Virus record (IMG/VR): IMGVR_UViG_3300032046_000008
Span: 1-64,000 of that record
Source: a virus
Direction: 5' to 3' (one strand)
DNA: 64,000 nt
Shown here: in pieces, positions 44,822 to 55,486 of the stretch
Layout of the letters: each line of letters starts with the position of its first letter
How positions within the stretch are numbered: the first letter of the stretch is position 1
The notes under the pieces: generated by a model
Seen by the model: the letters and a program-made list of their open reading frames with translations, nothing else
The model's database searches: none
Told to the model about the DNA's origin: nothing
Made by a program: the position numbers and the translations under genes

Positions 44822-47145
44822 GCTGGCCTCAAACTTACTAAACACCTAGTAATCGTGCTACATGAATCCACGTTGTACCTCAGCACATCACCGACACTAA
44901 ATGCTTTTGTCCAGCCGGTCAAGGTCACATCCTGGTCCTTCACGCCGCTAGCAATTGTAGGCTCGTTTGCTGCCGTGATAGTATCTGCATTAGTAGGGGG
45001 ATAGTTCGCGTACGTATCCTTCCAGATATCAATCTTAATACTGCCCGTAACATTAGCGAAGAGACGAGCACTGGCGATGGTCACAGCAGCAGGAACTTCC
45101 AGATCACCTTTGGGACCAGTTGTGATGACAGCGCCACCACCATCAATAACAAACTCCAGAGCCTTGACAGCAGGACCAGTGGGGCCGGTTTCCCCAGTCT
45201 CGCCTGTAGTTCCTGTCGCTCCCTTTGCACCGGCTGTCCCTGTATGCCCAGTTGCGCCAGTATGGCCAGGAGTTGTTGCCCCTGTAACTCCTGTTGCGCC
45301 TTTAGCCCCTGCAGTTCCCGTATGTCCTGTTGCTCCCTTAGCTCCGGCAGTTCCAGTATGCCCCGTAGCACCTTTAGCACCAGCGGTCCCTGTATGCCCT
45401 GTCGCTCCCTTGGCCCCCGCTGTTCCGGTATGGCCGGTCGCGCCTTTAGCACCAGCAGTGCCTGTGTGTCCAGTAGCCCCTTTAGCTCCGGCTGTCCCAG
45501 TATGTCCTGTGGAGCCCTTTGCCCCTGCCGTGCCCGTATGTCCGGTGGCCCCCTTAGCGCCTGCCGTGCCGGTATGACCAGTAGCGCCTTTGGTCCCCGC
45601 TGTACCAGTATGTCCCGTAGCTCCAGTCACTCCCTTGGCACCTTGTGTGCCCGTATGTCCTGTTGAGCCAGTGTGTCCCGTCGCACCTGTTTTTCCAGTG
45701 GCACCTTTGGCCCCTGCAGTGCCAGTATGACCAGTAACTCCGGTTGCTCCTTTAACTCCAGCAGTACCAGTGTGTCCTGTCGCGCCTGTTACGCCTTTTG
45801 CTCCAGCAGTTCCCGTATGACCAGTCGGACCAGCAATTCCTTGCGTTCCAGTATGTCCTGTGGAGCCTGTATGACCAGTAGGGCCTGTGCTACCTTTAGC
45901 TCCGGCAGTTCCTGTATGACCTGTTGAACCAGTTTTGCCAGTAGCTCCTTTCGCTCCTTGAGTACCAGTATGGCCTGTCGGTCCCTGCGCACCAGCAGTT
46001 CCTGTATGGCCAGTAGCGCCTGTCGCTCCTTTGATTCCCTGAGTACCTGTGTGACCTGTTGCCCCTGTAGTCCCTTTTACTCCTTGCGTTCCTGTATGCC
46101 CAGTTGCGCCTTTCGCTCCTTGTGTACCTGTATGTCCTGTAACTCCGGTGGCTCCTTTAGCGCCTTGAGTGCCAGTATGACCGGTCGGCCCTGGTACAGT
46201 AGAATCGGCACCAGTATGACCGATCGGTCCTTGAGTTCCTGTATGACCAGTATGCCCTGTGTGACCGATTGGCCCTTGAGTCCCTGTATGGCCCGTCGTT
46301 CCTTTAGCACCCTGTGTTCCAGTATGACCAGTTGGACCTGTTGTTCCAATTGTTCCTTGGGATCCCGTAGTTCCTGTAGCGCCAGTTTTGCCAGTCGAAC
46401 CTGTCGGACCTGGAACTGTCGAGTCCGCTCCAGTTGGTCCAGTGCTACCAGTCGCTCCTGTTGGGCCAGTAGGACAAGTTGGGCATTTTCCTGTGGGGCC
46501 AGTATGCCCTGTGATTCCAGTTGGGCCTGTACTTCCAGTTGGTCCCGTAGGTCCAGCTTGTGTCGGTCCAGTTGGCCCTGTGGAACCCGTCGGACCCGTA
46601 GGGCCTGTGCCGCCTCCTCCTCCACCTCCCGCTCCAGTTGGACCTGTAGGACCCCTTGATCCTCTACCTCCGCCACCGCCTCCTGGCAGGCCACGAGGAC
46701 CAGTTGGACCAGAAGGCCCAGTTGGTCCTGTTGCCCCTGTATCACCTTTATCGCCCTTCTTTCCAGTGGAACCAGTTTTCCCAGACTTTCCTGGTGTCCC
46801 AGGAGAGCCTGAAATGCCTTGAGAACCTGTTGCTCCCGCTGGGCCAGAAATACCTTGCGGACCAGTCGGCCCCATTGGGCCAGTTGCACCCGTTAAGCCT
46901 ATTGATCCAGGCAAACCAACCCCAGAAGGACCAATTGCGCCTGTTGGTCCGGTTGGACCTGTCAGGCCCTGATAACTTACAATACCAAGCTCTTGACGAG
47001 AGACGACTTCTAGCTGTCCGGACTGTGGAGGAGAATGAGGTTTGACTTCGGCAACAGTCTCTTGTATCTCTAGCTTTCCAAATTCGCCAAAGAGATCTCT
47101 TCGGTCAGAACTCACAGAAACATCAAGAAAAATTCTGTCTGTCAT
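44818..47145 (-). CDS. Collagen-like (Gly-X-Thr) fibre protein
   Basis: Very long G-X-Y run ([12 protein letters not shown]) with a C-terminal beta domain. Confidence 0.9.
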   Translation of the reverse strand: MTDRIFLDVSVSSDRRDLFGEFGKLEIQETVAEVKPHSPPQSGQLEVVSRQELGIVSYQGLTGPTGPTGAIGPSGVGLPGSIGLTGATGPMGPTGPQGISGPAGATGSQGISGSPGTPGKSGKTGSTGKKGDKGDTGATGPTGPSGPTGPRGLPGGGGGGRGSRGPTGPTGAGGGGGGGTGPTGPTGSTGPTGPTQAGPTGPTGSTGPTGITGHTGPTGKCPTCPTGPTGATGSTGPTGADSTVPGPTGSTGKTGATGTTGSQGTIGTTGPTGHTGTQGAKGTTGHTGTQGPIGHTGHTGHTGTQGPIGHTGADSTVPGPTGHTGTQGAKGATGVTGHTGTQGAKGATGHTGTQGVKGTTGATGHTGTQGIKGATGATGHTGTAGAQGPTGHTGTQGAKGATGKTGSTGHTGTAGAKGSTGPTGHTGSTGHTGTQGIAGPTGHTGTAGAKGVTGATGHTGTAGVKGATGVTGHTGTAGAKGATGKTGATGHTGSTGHTGTQGAKGVTGATGHTGTAGTKGATGHTGTAGAKGATGHTGTAGAKGSTGHTGTAGAKGATGHTGTAGAKGATGHTGTAGAKGATGHTGTAGAKGATGHTGTAGAKGATGHTGTAGAKGATGVTGATTPGHTGATGHTGTAGAKGATGTTGETGETGPTGPAVKALEFVIDGGGAVITTGPKGDLEVPAAVTIASARLFANVTGSIKIDIWKDTYANYPPTNADTITAANEPTIASGVKDQDVTLTGWTKAFSVGDVLRYNVDSCSTITRCLVSLRPA
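45190..46400 (-). repeat. Coding tandem repeats, 36-nt unit [12 protein letters not shown]
   Basis: Directly visible in the translation; synonymous positions vary between units. Confidence 0.85.
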
Positions 47146-47471
47146 CCTGCAATAACTTCGGCTGGTCCTTCAATCAAAGTCAGCGACTCGCCATCTTCCG
47201 GTTCAATCACCAATCTCCAGACCCCGTTTTCCCAGGTCATCTTTTCGGTTTCTTTAATAAGAATCCTAATAGTGCCAGCAGAACCTCCAAGTTCAATACC
47301 ATTGCCATCTTCCCAATAACCAAGAATAGCACCATCAGGAGATTGCTTTATCTGTAATTTCGCACGGCAGCCAGACAGATCTACAAGATCGCCATCCTTG
47401 TCTCTCCATGTTATGGTAATATCTAGAGGATTTCCTTGATAAATTGTTAGTGGATATCTGCCTGGCTTCAT
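47142..47471 (-). CDS. Ig/BppU-like tail adaptor protein
   Basis: I.QG......W.D..G..VDLSG..A.LQI, G.I.I and L.EG pattern. Confidence 0.65.
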   Translation of the reverse strand: MKPGRYPLTIYQGNPLDITITWRDKDGDLVDLSGCRAKLQIKQSPDGAILGYWEDGNGIELGGSAGTIRILIKETEKMTWENGVWRLVIEPEDGESLTLIEGPAEVIAG

Positions 47472-47480
47472 GACAATCTC

Positions 47481-48632
47481 CTAGACCTTCAGCATAAACC
47501 GAGGAGCCGATCCGGTCATCAATGCTCCTCCGCCTGTAAAAGGATCAGGCAAGGCTCCATAAGCCTGTGCAACACTCCAACCTGGGTGTGATGTCACATC
47601 CTCGTTTGTTGTAAGCCCCAGCCCTTCATGAACCTGCGTTGTCGCTTTTGCTCGTACGTAAGGAGTATGACTGAATACCCCTCCCAGCCAGTACCATCCA
47701 GGGGTCAGAACTTGGTTAATTGCAATCGCAGAATAAGCGACGGCAGCCGTCCCTACGGCACCAGCATCGAGGACCAGCGAGCCAGGGACACCAGCACCCA
47801 TGTTGTAAATACCCAATCGCACATTGCTTAATGCCACCAATGTAGTTACTTCGATACCAATTTCAGTAAAGGTAGTAGATGCTCCCACATAAAATGGCAC
47901 CGCATAGAGTATATCTTTTGTAACATATAGAGTTGAGGTGATAGTCGAAGAGAGAGCCAGAGGAGATTCGTAATAGCGCCCGCTGACAAAAGAATAGGGA
48001 ATATCAAGCACAGGCGAGTAACGAGCAACCTGCCACCGAGACAAATCAGCATCAAATTCCCCATATGCATACTGGGAACGAGAAATCCAGAGACAAACTA
48101 TGGGCACTTGCTGGACCAGAGCACCACCTCCAGTGAATGGATCTGGAAGAGCCCCATAAGCCTGTGCTACACTCCATCCAGCTTTCTTAGCAGTATCGGT
48201 GCCAGAAAGCCACCCTAACATTCCAGGCCCCGCAAATGTCGTTGTCTGTGCCCGCATCGTGGGAGTAGCATCGAAGATACAGACTGCCCAATACATACCA
48301 GGCTGTAAAGTTCTGACCATGGCCTGCCATTTCGCCCCAGTTGTGCCAGTTGCAACGACACCTACATCTTGGATTAGTATCCCAGGAATTCCTGCATTAT
48401 CGGCATAAAGACCGACTCGGCAATTGCCAGCGGAGAGAGTAGACACTTGTACTCCGATTGCTTGCACATCGGTAACATGGAGTAATTTAATTGGAATCGC
48501 GTAGAGAGTATTAACTGCAACCACAAAGGTAGATTGAGTGAGAATGTGCAAGGCATCTAGAGCTACACCACCTCTTATAGGAGGCAATTGCTGCGTCCAG
48601 CGCCGATCTAGAGGTCTAACTGCCCATCCCAT
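47481..48632 (-). CDS. Virion protein with two tandem homologous beta domains
   Basis: Duplicated LYA.P...IG..V.T...N.R.G.Y...G.PG.L..D.G.V...L.PG.YW...GWSVAQAYGALPDPFTGGGAL. Confidence 0.7.
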   Translation of the reverse strand: MGWAVRPLDRRWTQQLPPIRGGVALDALHILTQSTFVVAVNTLYAIPIKLLHVTDVQAIGVQVSTLSAGNCRVGLYADNAGIPGILIQDVGVVATGTTGAKWQAMVRTLQPGMYWAVCIFDATPTMRAQTTTFAGPGMLGWLSGTDTAKKAGWSVAQAYGALPDPFTGGGALVQQVPIVCLWISRSQYAYGEFDADLSRWQVARYSPVLDIPYSFVSGRYYESPLALSSTITSTLYVTKDILYAVPFYVGASTTFTEIGIEVTTLVALSNVRLGIYNMGAGVPGSLVLDAGAVGTAAVAYSAIAINQVLTPGWYWLGGVFSHTPYVRAKATTQVHEGLGLTTNEDVTSHPGWSVAQAYGALPDPFTGGGALMTGSAPRFMLKV

Positions 48633-49240
48633 TATGCCGCCCTCAACATCAATCGGGGATAAGTACCTTGCAATGCTATATAATAATTAGGATAAATATC
48701 TGATGGCTGGAAAAAGCGAGCAGGCCAACCATCATCTGGAGTAATGAGCCCACGATCCGATACTTCAAGCCCCCAACCTGCATAATTCTGACCAAGAGAA
48801 GAAGGATCTGCAGAACGCCAACGCTGAACTGGCCCCGCAATAGAGGCTCGATAGGATACATCGCCAGTATTTGTCACAACTAACCAATAAATACCTGGCT
48901 GAAGTGTTACTGCAATAGCATGCTCTTTTCCTCCAACAGAATCAGCAGCTAAAGCACCGTTACCATCAAGTACAAGTTTGTCTGGCCAAACTCCATCCCA
49001 TTGAGAGTCATAGATTGCCATCCTCAACAGAGATCCGGCTGCGCCAGCGCTGGAAATTTCACATGCCAAACGATCAAAACTTGTACGTGATGGAACCCAG
49101 ATCTGCCCTCCATGAATAAATCCTGCAAAGACATAACAAGTAGTAACAGAATAACCAGCGATTGGGTAATAGCGCCCGCTGGCGAAAGGCGGCTGAAGAT
49201 AGCAGGGCGGCCAGGCATTCCTTTTGATCGTCCAGGTCAT
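48632..49240 (-). CDS. Virion protein, single-domain paralog of 47481..48632
   Basis: SGRYY, R.AIY...P..LVLD and LQPG.YWL. Confidence 0.65.
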   Translation of the reverse strand: MTWTIKRNAWPPCYLQPPFASGRYYPIAGYSVTTCYVFAGFIHGGQIWVPSRTSFDRLACEISSAGAAGSLLRMAIYDSQWDGVWPDKLVLDGNGALAADSVGGKEHAIAVTLQPGIYWLVVTNTGDVSYRASIAGPVQRWRSADPSSLGQNYAGWGLEVSDRGLITPDDGWPARFFQPSDIYPNYYIALQGTYPRLMLRAA

Positions 49241-49570
49241 TTATATATTCTCCAAGACACAACCTGTTGCATCGACACCAACTGCTGAGGCGATGGCCTT
49301 AATTGTCTCGCTGGCAGCATCCAAAACTTGAATTCCTCTCCAACTTGCAGTTCCCTTCGCTGGTACAACTAAATCGTCGGCAAAATACTTAGCATTAGCA
49401 CCACCATCATCTAACCAGTAAACATCCACTGTGATATCCGATGTAGTTGTGTTTGTCAGATCAAGAGAAACCATCATCGCCCGCGTTGCACCGCCAGCAA
49501 CGAATGCTGTGTAGAGAGTTGTTGCTGCGATTCCAATTGCTGCTTGTATTGGTTGTGGTGTTGTGGCCAT
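49241..49570 (-). CDS. Small virion protein
   Basis: TTLYT...L.N.T....TVDV...V.A...L.A...I.A.AS pattern seen in phage tail regions. Confidence 0.65.
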   Translation of the reverse strand: MATTPQPIQAAIGIAATTLYTAFVAGGATRAMMVSLDLTNTTTSDITVDVYWLDDGGANAKYFADDLVVPAKGTASWRGIQVLDAASETIKAIASAVGVDATGCVLENI

Positions 49571-49579
49571 GATGATCCT

Positions 49580-50350
49580 CTACAATGCTACTGCAAATCC
49601 AAGAGCAAGTATTTCATCTCCTGCTCCTGTTGCTCCCGTGCCTCCTACACCTGTAGGTCCAGTCGGACCAGTTGCTCCGGTTGGGCCAGTCGCTCCAGTT
49701 GGTCCTGGTTCAGTAGGACCAGTAGCCCCTGTTAACCCAGTACTTCCCGTTGGGCCACTTGGACCAGTAGGACCAGAGGCCCCACTTGGACCAGTTGGTC
49801 CACTATTTGCATGTAGTCCTGTGTCTAGATAAGCTGCTATATCGCTATTGCCTGGTCCAGCCCAAGCTTCGAGTGCGATAGCAAAAGCGCCAGGAGTAGG
49901 ATCTACTCCCGCATCCTCTGCCATGGTTGCCGTTGCGCTTGGTCGCAGGTAGTGTCCAGCCACCACTGCTCCCGCAACCAAGATTTTGGATTGATAACCC
50001 ATGTGGCGTACTCGGCCATCAATACCAACAGCAATGTTGTTATCATCCAGAACGCCGATAACCATATCATCATCTACGACATTGGTGACACCGAATGTCC
50101 TATCGCCGTTCTGGATAACCACAACACCCTGGCTGCGAACACCACCGCTGGCATTCTTCCACATGGTGACCGCACCGAGGATAGAGCCAACAACTCCAGT
50201 ACCGCCTGAGCTTGGAGAGACTACACCGCCAACTGCCGTAGCGCGTATTGCATCGCCAGCAGCAACAGCATCCTTCCATGCCTTGAGACGACGGATCTCG
50301 CGGTCATGAAGGACAAGGAGAGCTTCTAGTTTCTCGATTTCTCGACTCAC
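49580..50350 (-). CDS. Short collagen-containing tail/fibre protein
   Basis: GPTG repeats near the C-terminus; ends LGFAVAL. Confidence 0.7.
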   Translation of the reverse strand: MSREIEKLEALLVLHDREIRRLKAWKDAVAAGDAIRATAVGGVVSPSSGGTGVVGSILGAVTMWKNASGGVRSQGVVVIQNGDRTFGVTNVVDDDMVIGVLDDNNIAVGIDGRVRHMGYQSKILVAGAVVAGHYLRPSATATMAEDAGVDPTPGAFAIALEAWAGPGNSDIAAYLDTGLHANSGPTGPSGASGPTGPSGPTGSTGLTGATGPTEPGPTGATGPTGATGPTGPTGVGGTGATGAGDEILALGFAVAL

Positions 50351-53300
50351 GGTATCTCCGCCCTCGCCGCCAACCCCTGTAGACTAACACGACCATTAGT
50401 CAAATCATCAGCATCATAAGTAATGTCAACCCAATCTGGCGGCGAGACTGCCCAAGGATCGCCACGTCGCCAGATAAGCAGATCAGTGTTCAGAACCGCA
50501 TTAAAGGCGATACATAACGCACCATTATTATCAATGGCGGCAGCCCACATGTCCTCGGTATCAAGAGAAGCATCGATCTCGCTCCCATGGACGTATTCTG
50601 CCCAGGCCTGCCCATTGTCCTCAGAGATACGAATGCTTCCACCATTGTTACCAGACTGAGAGATGCCATAGATAAGGCGACTGAGACTCTGTCTTATGAT
50701 CCAACGCGAGGCTGTGCCAGCAGGATTATCCTTCGTGACCCAGGCAACGCCGTAGTCATCTGTTACCTGAATAAGCGTGCCGCCGCCAGCCACAATGATG
50801 CGGTTCCCGTCGCCGAAAACTACCCACAATCCCTCTGTTTCGTTGCCAGTTACCCCCATTGTGTGGTCTTCCCAGGCGCTTGTCGTGAAATTAAGTTTGG
50901 TCAGAGTAGCACCATTCGTATCATGGATACTAGTGATGACGACGATGTCCTTGTCCGAGGGATGCACTGCGATATCAACAGGATAGAGACAAGTGGCACC
51001 AGTACCAGCGTCTACGTAAACCGCAACACCCCAGGTCACTCCATCATCTAACGACTGATAAACCTTGAGACTCTCGCCATCATCTGTATGCGAGCCCCAA
51101 AGTGCCCAAAGTATTCCACCTGGCACAGTTGGTGGCACACCTGGCCCGATGGTCACGGCTACCACTCCGCGATTATTAGGAGCATCCTTTGCCAGCACAA
51201 CAGTCCATGTCGCCCCGCCATCATCACTCCGTTCCAGATCACCAGGGCCACCAATATTACCCCAGGTCATCGCATTGGCGATTCTGTAGAGATTGCCATT
51301 CAGATTTCGTAAATGCCAGTTCTGATTACCGGCATCCGTCGATTCTTCCGTCCAGGCGTTGCCCAACAAGCTAAGGAGTGCCTTATCATCAGCCTCTATC
51401 TGTGCCCATGGCTCGCCCACGTAATTCGGGTTAGGACTACCCTGCCCTTCAAATGCTACCATATAACCCCTCGCGCCAGGAGCGGCAGCGAAGTCAGGAA
51501 AGCCCACAGCAGGTCGCAGAAGTTCTACGTTCTCAAAGCGATCCCAGGTCTTGTAGAGGAAACCATCAACAATACCAGCGCCATCAAGAGCGGCCACGAT
51601 GTAGCACCCTGCCATGCCGCCGATGAGAGCACCTATCCAGACACCATGCTCCGCCTCGTACCCCGCCCCTAGTTGACCAGGGGCAGGGGCAACCGTGGCC
51701 GTCATCACTCCAGTCGCGGGGTCCACATCCCCTCGATAGTTGATGTTGTCATCGAAGGCGAAGCAGAACTTGCCGAACTCTAGATCCGGTGCAATCCAGC
51801 GGCCATGAGGCTTAGCAGGACAGAGAAGACAACGGGACCACTCGGCTCCTGCTCCCAGGATATCCCAGGTGTAATAGACCGCCGGAACATGACTAACAGA
51901 ATCAAGAATAATAGCAAGCTCGCCTGCCTCGCGAGAAGCAGCTTCACGGACATAGATGTCTACAGGAGCTGGAGCGCCGCCCGCACCAGGACCCCAAATA
52001 GTGCGCATTGGAGGATCTGGATTTTCCCCAGCTGGAGTAATTTCATCTCGTGAATCGAAACAAACAGATACCCATCCAACAGCTACAGTCCATTTCTCTA
52101 CATTATTACAAGGGGAGGATGCCCATACGCGTCTCTCGGCATATAAGGCTTGTTCGGCTGGATGCCAATAAAGACCCCAATACTGAGTAGCCACAGGCCC
52201 AATCTGACGCCAATCGCCATCCCAGGTGGTCCCGTTATCAGTAGACCGTGCAATCCGGCCCCAAGTCTGGGTCACATCAAACCATGCACAGTAGAATTCT
52301 GATCTGGTAGGTCCAACTATGAGTTGAGCCTGGAAATTGTCAATCCCAGTATTCCACTCGGCAGGAGAAGGAAGTGTCCAGTTGTCTCCTAGATCATCTG
52401 TATAAGCTATTAGACTATTAGTCCAGGAACTACCAGCAAAAATAAGACGGTCACCAGACCCCCACACCAAATCACTCCAAAGAGGGCCGCGATATTGTAC
52501 AGTCCGAGTGTATGGGATTTTAGCCCATTTGGTTGTCCATGTGCTACCACCATTTGTAGTGTAATGAAGTATATCGTAGAAGCCCATATATATTCCGGAA
52601 CCTGCTACGTTATAGCCTATAATAGCAATCTTATCGGGATCCGTTGGATGGCAAGCTAATGATTCTAGGACTGTCTCAGAAGAAGTAAGGTGTAAGATGT
52701 GGTCAAAAACCCAGGTCGCTCCATCGGTATTTGATTTATAAACTTCGCTCTGATTATTATCATTATCAAAGTAACACATCCAAAGAGTGCCATCTGCAGC
52801 TCGATCCAAACTACAAACGCCACTGAAATCCGTACTGCCACCTCCATCATCATAAGCAAAAACTTCTGTCCATACCTGCCCACCATCTACTGAGCGGTCT
52901 AAACTCCCCACGCCGTGATAAGTATCTCCAAAGCCCTGCGCTGAACGGATACGGAATAGAATATCATTCAGGTTCTTTATATTCCGTGCTGAACCTACTG
53001 GGACGGCAGCCTCCTCCATGAGCATTGACCAGTCGGCTACCCCATATTCGATGATCCTATGGTGGTAGTTCCCGCCGCCAGCATCCCAGCGCGGGCCATG
53101 GATACGCACAGCGTCATTAAACTGTGGAGCAGAACCACCCAAATCTACTGTCAATTCTCCACCCAAAGCAGCCTTCGCCCAGGTATGTGTGCGTGTGGGA
53201 TCAAAAGCTATCAGCGGACCAGGAACCACACCCTCTCCGCCGAAGACCCATACACCATCAGGCGCAGGCGTACCAATGCGACTTAGGCGAAGATTAGGCA

Positions 53301-55104
53301 GATTGAAAACGAGTTTCAGATCGTCATAGAGTGTCCAAGTGTCGCCATCGTCCTGGGAACGATAGAGTCTGCCATCCCGTGTGACAGCCCAAGCATCAGG
53401 CGGCCAGTTCATATCAGGCCAGATGTGCTCAATGGGCGAGCCTACAGCAGCCATGACCGAAGTTGGTGCAGTGGCACAATAGTCAGTTGTCTTCCAAATC
53501 TCGCCCGCCGATGTCCCAAACCAGGCCACCCCAAAGGTGAGACCATCGGTAACGATCTTGGCTCCGACGCTTATCACTACGGGCGGGACACCGCCAAAGT
53601 CCGCCCAATCATTCCAGGTCACACCACCATCAGGAGAGCCCGAGAACCACTGATCAAAGGCAGCGAAGAGAGCAGGAACATACATATCTTCGGAGCCAGG
53701 AGTGATAGGAATGGTCAATGTGATGCTATCCGCGCAGCCATCGGGATCTGTGACAGTAAGTGTGACTTCCCAGGTTCCGATTATACCAGGATCAATCCGC
53801 ACGGTAGCAATTGGACCTGTAAATGTGGCAATTTCTGGTACTGTAACCTGGTTATCGCTCCAAGCGTAGGTGAGAGCACCACCATCAGGGTCCATACTAC
53901 CGCTTGCATCAAAAGTCACTACAGCCCATAACTGGGTACCAATAACTTCCAGATCGCCAGTATGATTGAAAAGTGCAAAGGGACAGACAGTAACATGGCT
54001 ACCAGCCTCAGCGCCACCACGTAGATCAAGCGTCGTACTGAAATCTTTCTCATCAATTGAAGTTTGGTAGGATTCTGTGAACCAATGCCCCGTCTGTCGA
54101 GAATAGCCAGGATCCTCGATCCCAACCGTTCCTCGTAGGAACACTTGTGGGTCACCATCTACTGCCACGCCAATCTTCGTAAGGAGACGATTTAGTACCC
54201 CTACAAGACGCACTGCTACACTAGCAGCCTTAGCAGGAGTATCAATTAACTCATTACTGAACAGAATGTCATTGTAGGCTTGCCCACCAGAGGGTGTACG
54301 AATCCAGGGACTGGGAGCCAGGGCTCTACCCTCAACATCAATGCTGTCCTCTGTACCATCAGCATTCGTTTGCGTGTAAGTGCAGCCCCTCACCACAGCC
54401 TCATTCTTTGCTTCTCGTATTTCCTGGTCAACCTTGACACTGCGCAGTCGTGGGCGAGCCGGAGCTACTATGCCAGCAGGATAGCCCTCCACCAGTCCTG
54501 TCAATTGCATGCCAAAGTATTCTCGCCAGGAGTTCAACGCCGGTATCTGGTCACAGACCTCGACATGCACTGTGCCGTCAGGAATCTCGTACCAGCGACC
54601 ACCATCGACTTCTGCCACCTTGTCTATAGCCTCGCCATAGGTCTGGAATGTTAAGGTCTGTTCGCAGACCGTGCCAATAGTCCAAGCAGGCAGATTGACA
54701 GCAAAGTTGATGATACCTGCCTGCGTAAGGAGAGCAGTGACAGCAACTTGAGCAGTCACACTGGAGAAAGTGTAGATGACCTCGTGCCAATGGAAGTCTA
54801 GCGGCCAGGACTTGCCGACGCATTCAATATTGCAACCCTGCTCATCTGGATTAACATGCATCACCTTGCCGGTGAACACGCGCTGGACGACATTGTTGAA
54901 GCCTGCTTCTATATAGACATCAGCGAAGAACTTGATAGAAGCCGAAGGGGGATTCTTTATGCGGATAGAGGCTGAAGGAACCTGGCCGATGGCAAAGGAC
55001 CAAGAGGCAGATTGGACGCGAGAGACTTGAGCGCCAGCAATAACGACCTTGAGGGTTGCCTGTTTGGCATCTACTTCTTCATAGTATTCAGTTAGAGTTG
55101 GCAT
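50347..55104 (-). CDS. Large tail tip/baseplate hub protein with PKD domain and Asp-box beta-propellers
   Basis: N-terminal hub-like region, FDASGS.DPDG...Y.W...VTLTVTD..G (PKD) and many S.D.G.TW Asp-boxes. Confidence 0.8.
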   Translation of the reverse strand: MPTLTEYYEEVDAKQATLKVVIAGAQVSRVQSASWSFAIGQVPSASIRIKNPPSASIKFFADVYIEAGFNNVVQRVFTGKVMHVNPDEQGCNIECVGKSWPLDFHWHEVIYTFSSVTAQVAVTALLTQAGIINFAVNLPAWTIGTVCEQTLTFQTYGEAIDKVAEVDGGRWYEIPDGTVHVEVCDQIPALNSWREYFGMQLTGLVEGYPAGIVAPARPRLRSVKVDQEIREAKNEAVVRGCTYTQTNADGTEDSIDVEGRALAPSPWIRTPSGGQAYNDILFSNELIDTPAKAASVAVRLVGVLNRLLTKIGVAVDGDPQVFLRGTVGIEDPGYSRQTGHWFTESYQTSIDEKDFSTTLDLRGGAEAGSHVTVCPFALFNHTGDLEVIGTQLWAVVTFDASGSMDPDGGALTYAWSDNQVTVPEIATFTGPIATVRIDPGIIGTWEVTLTVTDPDGCADSITLTIPITPGSEDMYVPALFAAFDQWFSGSPDGGVTWNDWADFGGVPPVVISVGAKIVTDGLTFGVAWFGTSAGEIWKTTDYCATAPTSVMAAVGSPIEHIWPDMNWPPDAWAVTRDGRLYRSQDDGDTWTLYDDLKLVFNLPNLRLSRIGTPAPDGVWVFGGEGVVPGPLIAFDPTRTHTWAKAALGGELTVDLGGSAPQFNDAVRIHGPRWDAGGGNYHHRIIEYGVADWSMLMEEAAVPVGSARNIKNLNDILFRIRSAQGFGDTYHGVGSLDRSVDGGQVWTEVFAYDDGGGSTDFSGVCSLDRAADGTLWMCYFDNDNNQSEVYKSNTDGATWVFDHILHLTSSETVLESLACHPTDPDKIAIIGYNVAGSGIYMGFYDILHYTTNGGSTWTTKWAKIPYTRTVQYRGPLWSDLVWGSGDRLIFAGSSWTNSLIAYTDDLGDNWTLPSPAEWNTGIDNFQAQLIVGPTRSEFYCAWFDVTQTWGRIARSTDNGTTWDGDWRQIGPVATQYWGLYWHPAEQALYAERRVWASSPCNNVEKWTVAVGWVSVCFDSRDEITPAGENPDPPMRTIWGPGAGGAPAPVDIYVREAASREAGELAIILDSVSHVPAVYYTWDILGAGAEWSRCLLCPAKPHGRWIAPDLEFGKFCFAFDDNINYRGDVDPATGVMTATVAPAPGQLGAGYEAEHGVWIGALIGGMAGCYIVAALDGAGIVDGFLYKTWDRFENVELLRPAVGFPDFAAAPGARGYMVAFEGQGSPNPNYVGEPWAQIEADDKALLSLLGNAWTEESTDAGNQNWHLRNLNGNLYRIANAMTWGNIGGPGDLERSDDGGATWTVVLAKDAPNNRGVVAVTIGPGVPPTVPGGILWALWGSHTDDGESLKVYQSLDDGVTWGVAVYVDAGTGATCLYPVDIAVHPSDKDIVVITSIHDTNGATLTKLNFTTSAWEDHTMGVTGNETEGLWVVFGDGNRIIVAGGGTLIQVTDDYGVAWVTKDNPAGTASRWIIRQSLSRLIYGISQSGNNGGSIRISEDNGQAWAEYVHGSEIDASLDTEDMWAAAIDNNGALCIAFNAVLNTDLLIWRRGDPWAVSPPDWVDITYDADDLTNGRVSLQGLAARAEIP

Positions 55105-55105
55105 C

Positions 55106-55486
55106 TCACTGGCTTACCAATTCTATCCTGGCCCGAATCTTCCGTTCGGTGCTGCCATCGCTACAGAGAGCAGCCACCCAAGCAAGTTGTGTCACCTTCG
55201 CCAGATAGGCAGAACGACTATCGGGTATCGGGCGTGACCAATCGGTGAAGGAATTTGTCGTGTTGACCAATGCCTCCAGCGCAGCATAGCGGCTAGGACT
55301 CAGATGACATTCAAATGATCGCTCTGCTGAACCTATTGCCAGAGCCACAATGTCATCAGTAGCCGATCCAAGGGGTCTGCTACGATTAATACTGGGACTA
55401 CGATTCCAGCCAGTATCTGTATCTGGGAGAGGCCATTCCTCTCGCTGGAAGAGAAAAGCGCCGAAACCTGCCCATGGATATGCCAT
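55106..55486 (-). CDS. Distal tail-like protein
   Basis: Position between tape measure and hub. Confidence 0.5.
   Translation of the reverse strand: MAYPWAGFGAFLFQREEWPLPDTDTGWNRSPSINRSRPLGSATDDIVALAIGSAERSFECHLSPSRYAALEALVNTTNSFTDWSRPIPDSRSAYLAKVTQLAWVAALCSDGSTERKIRARIELVSQ

Noticed and set aside
45077-46889. Several long ORFs on the plus strand and in alternative frames over the collagen gene
   Set aside because: Shadows of the G-X-Y repeat, which lacks stops in other frames; no RBS or independent features
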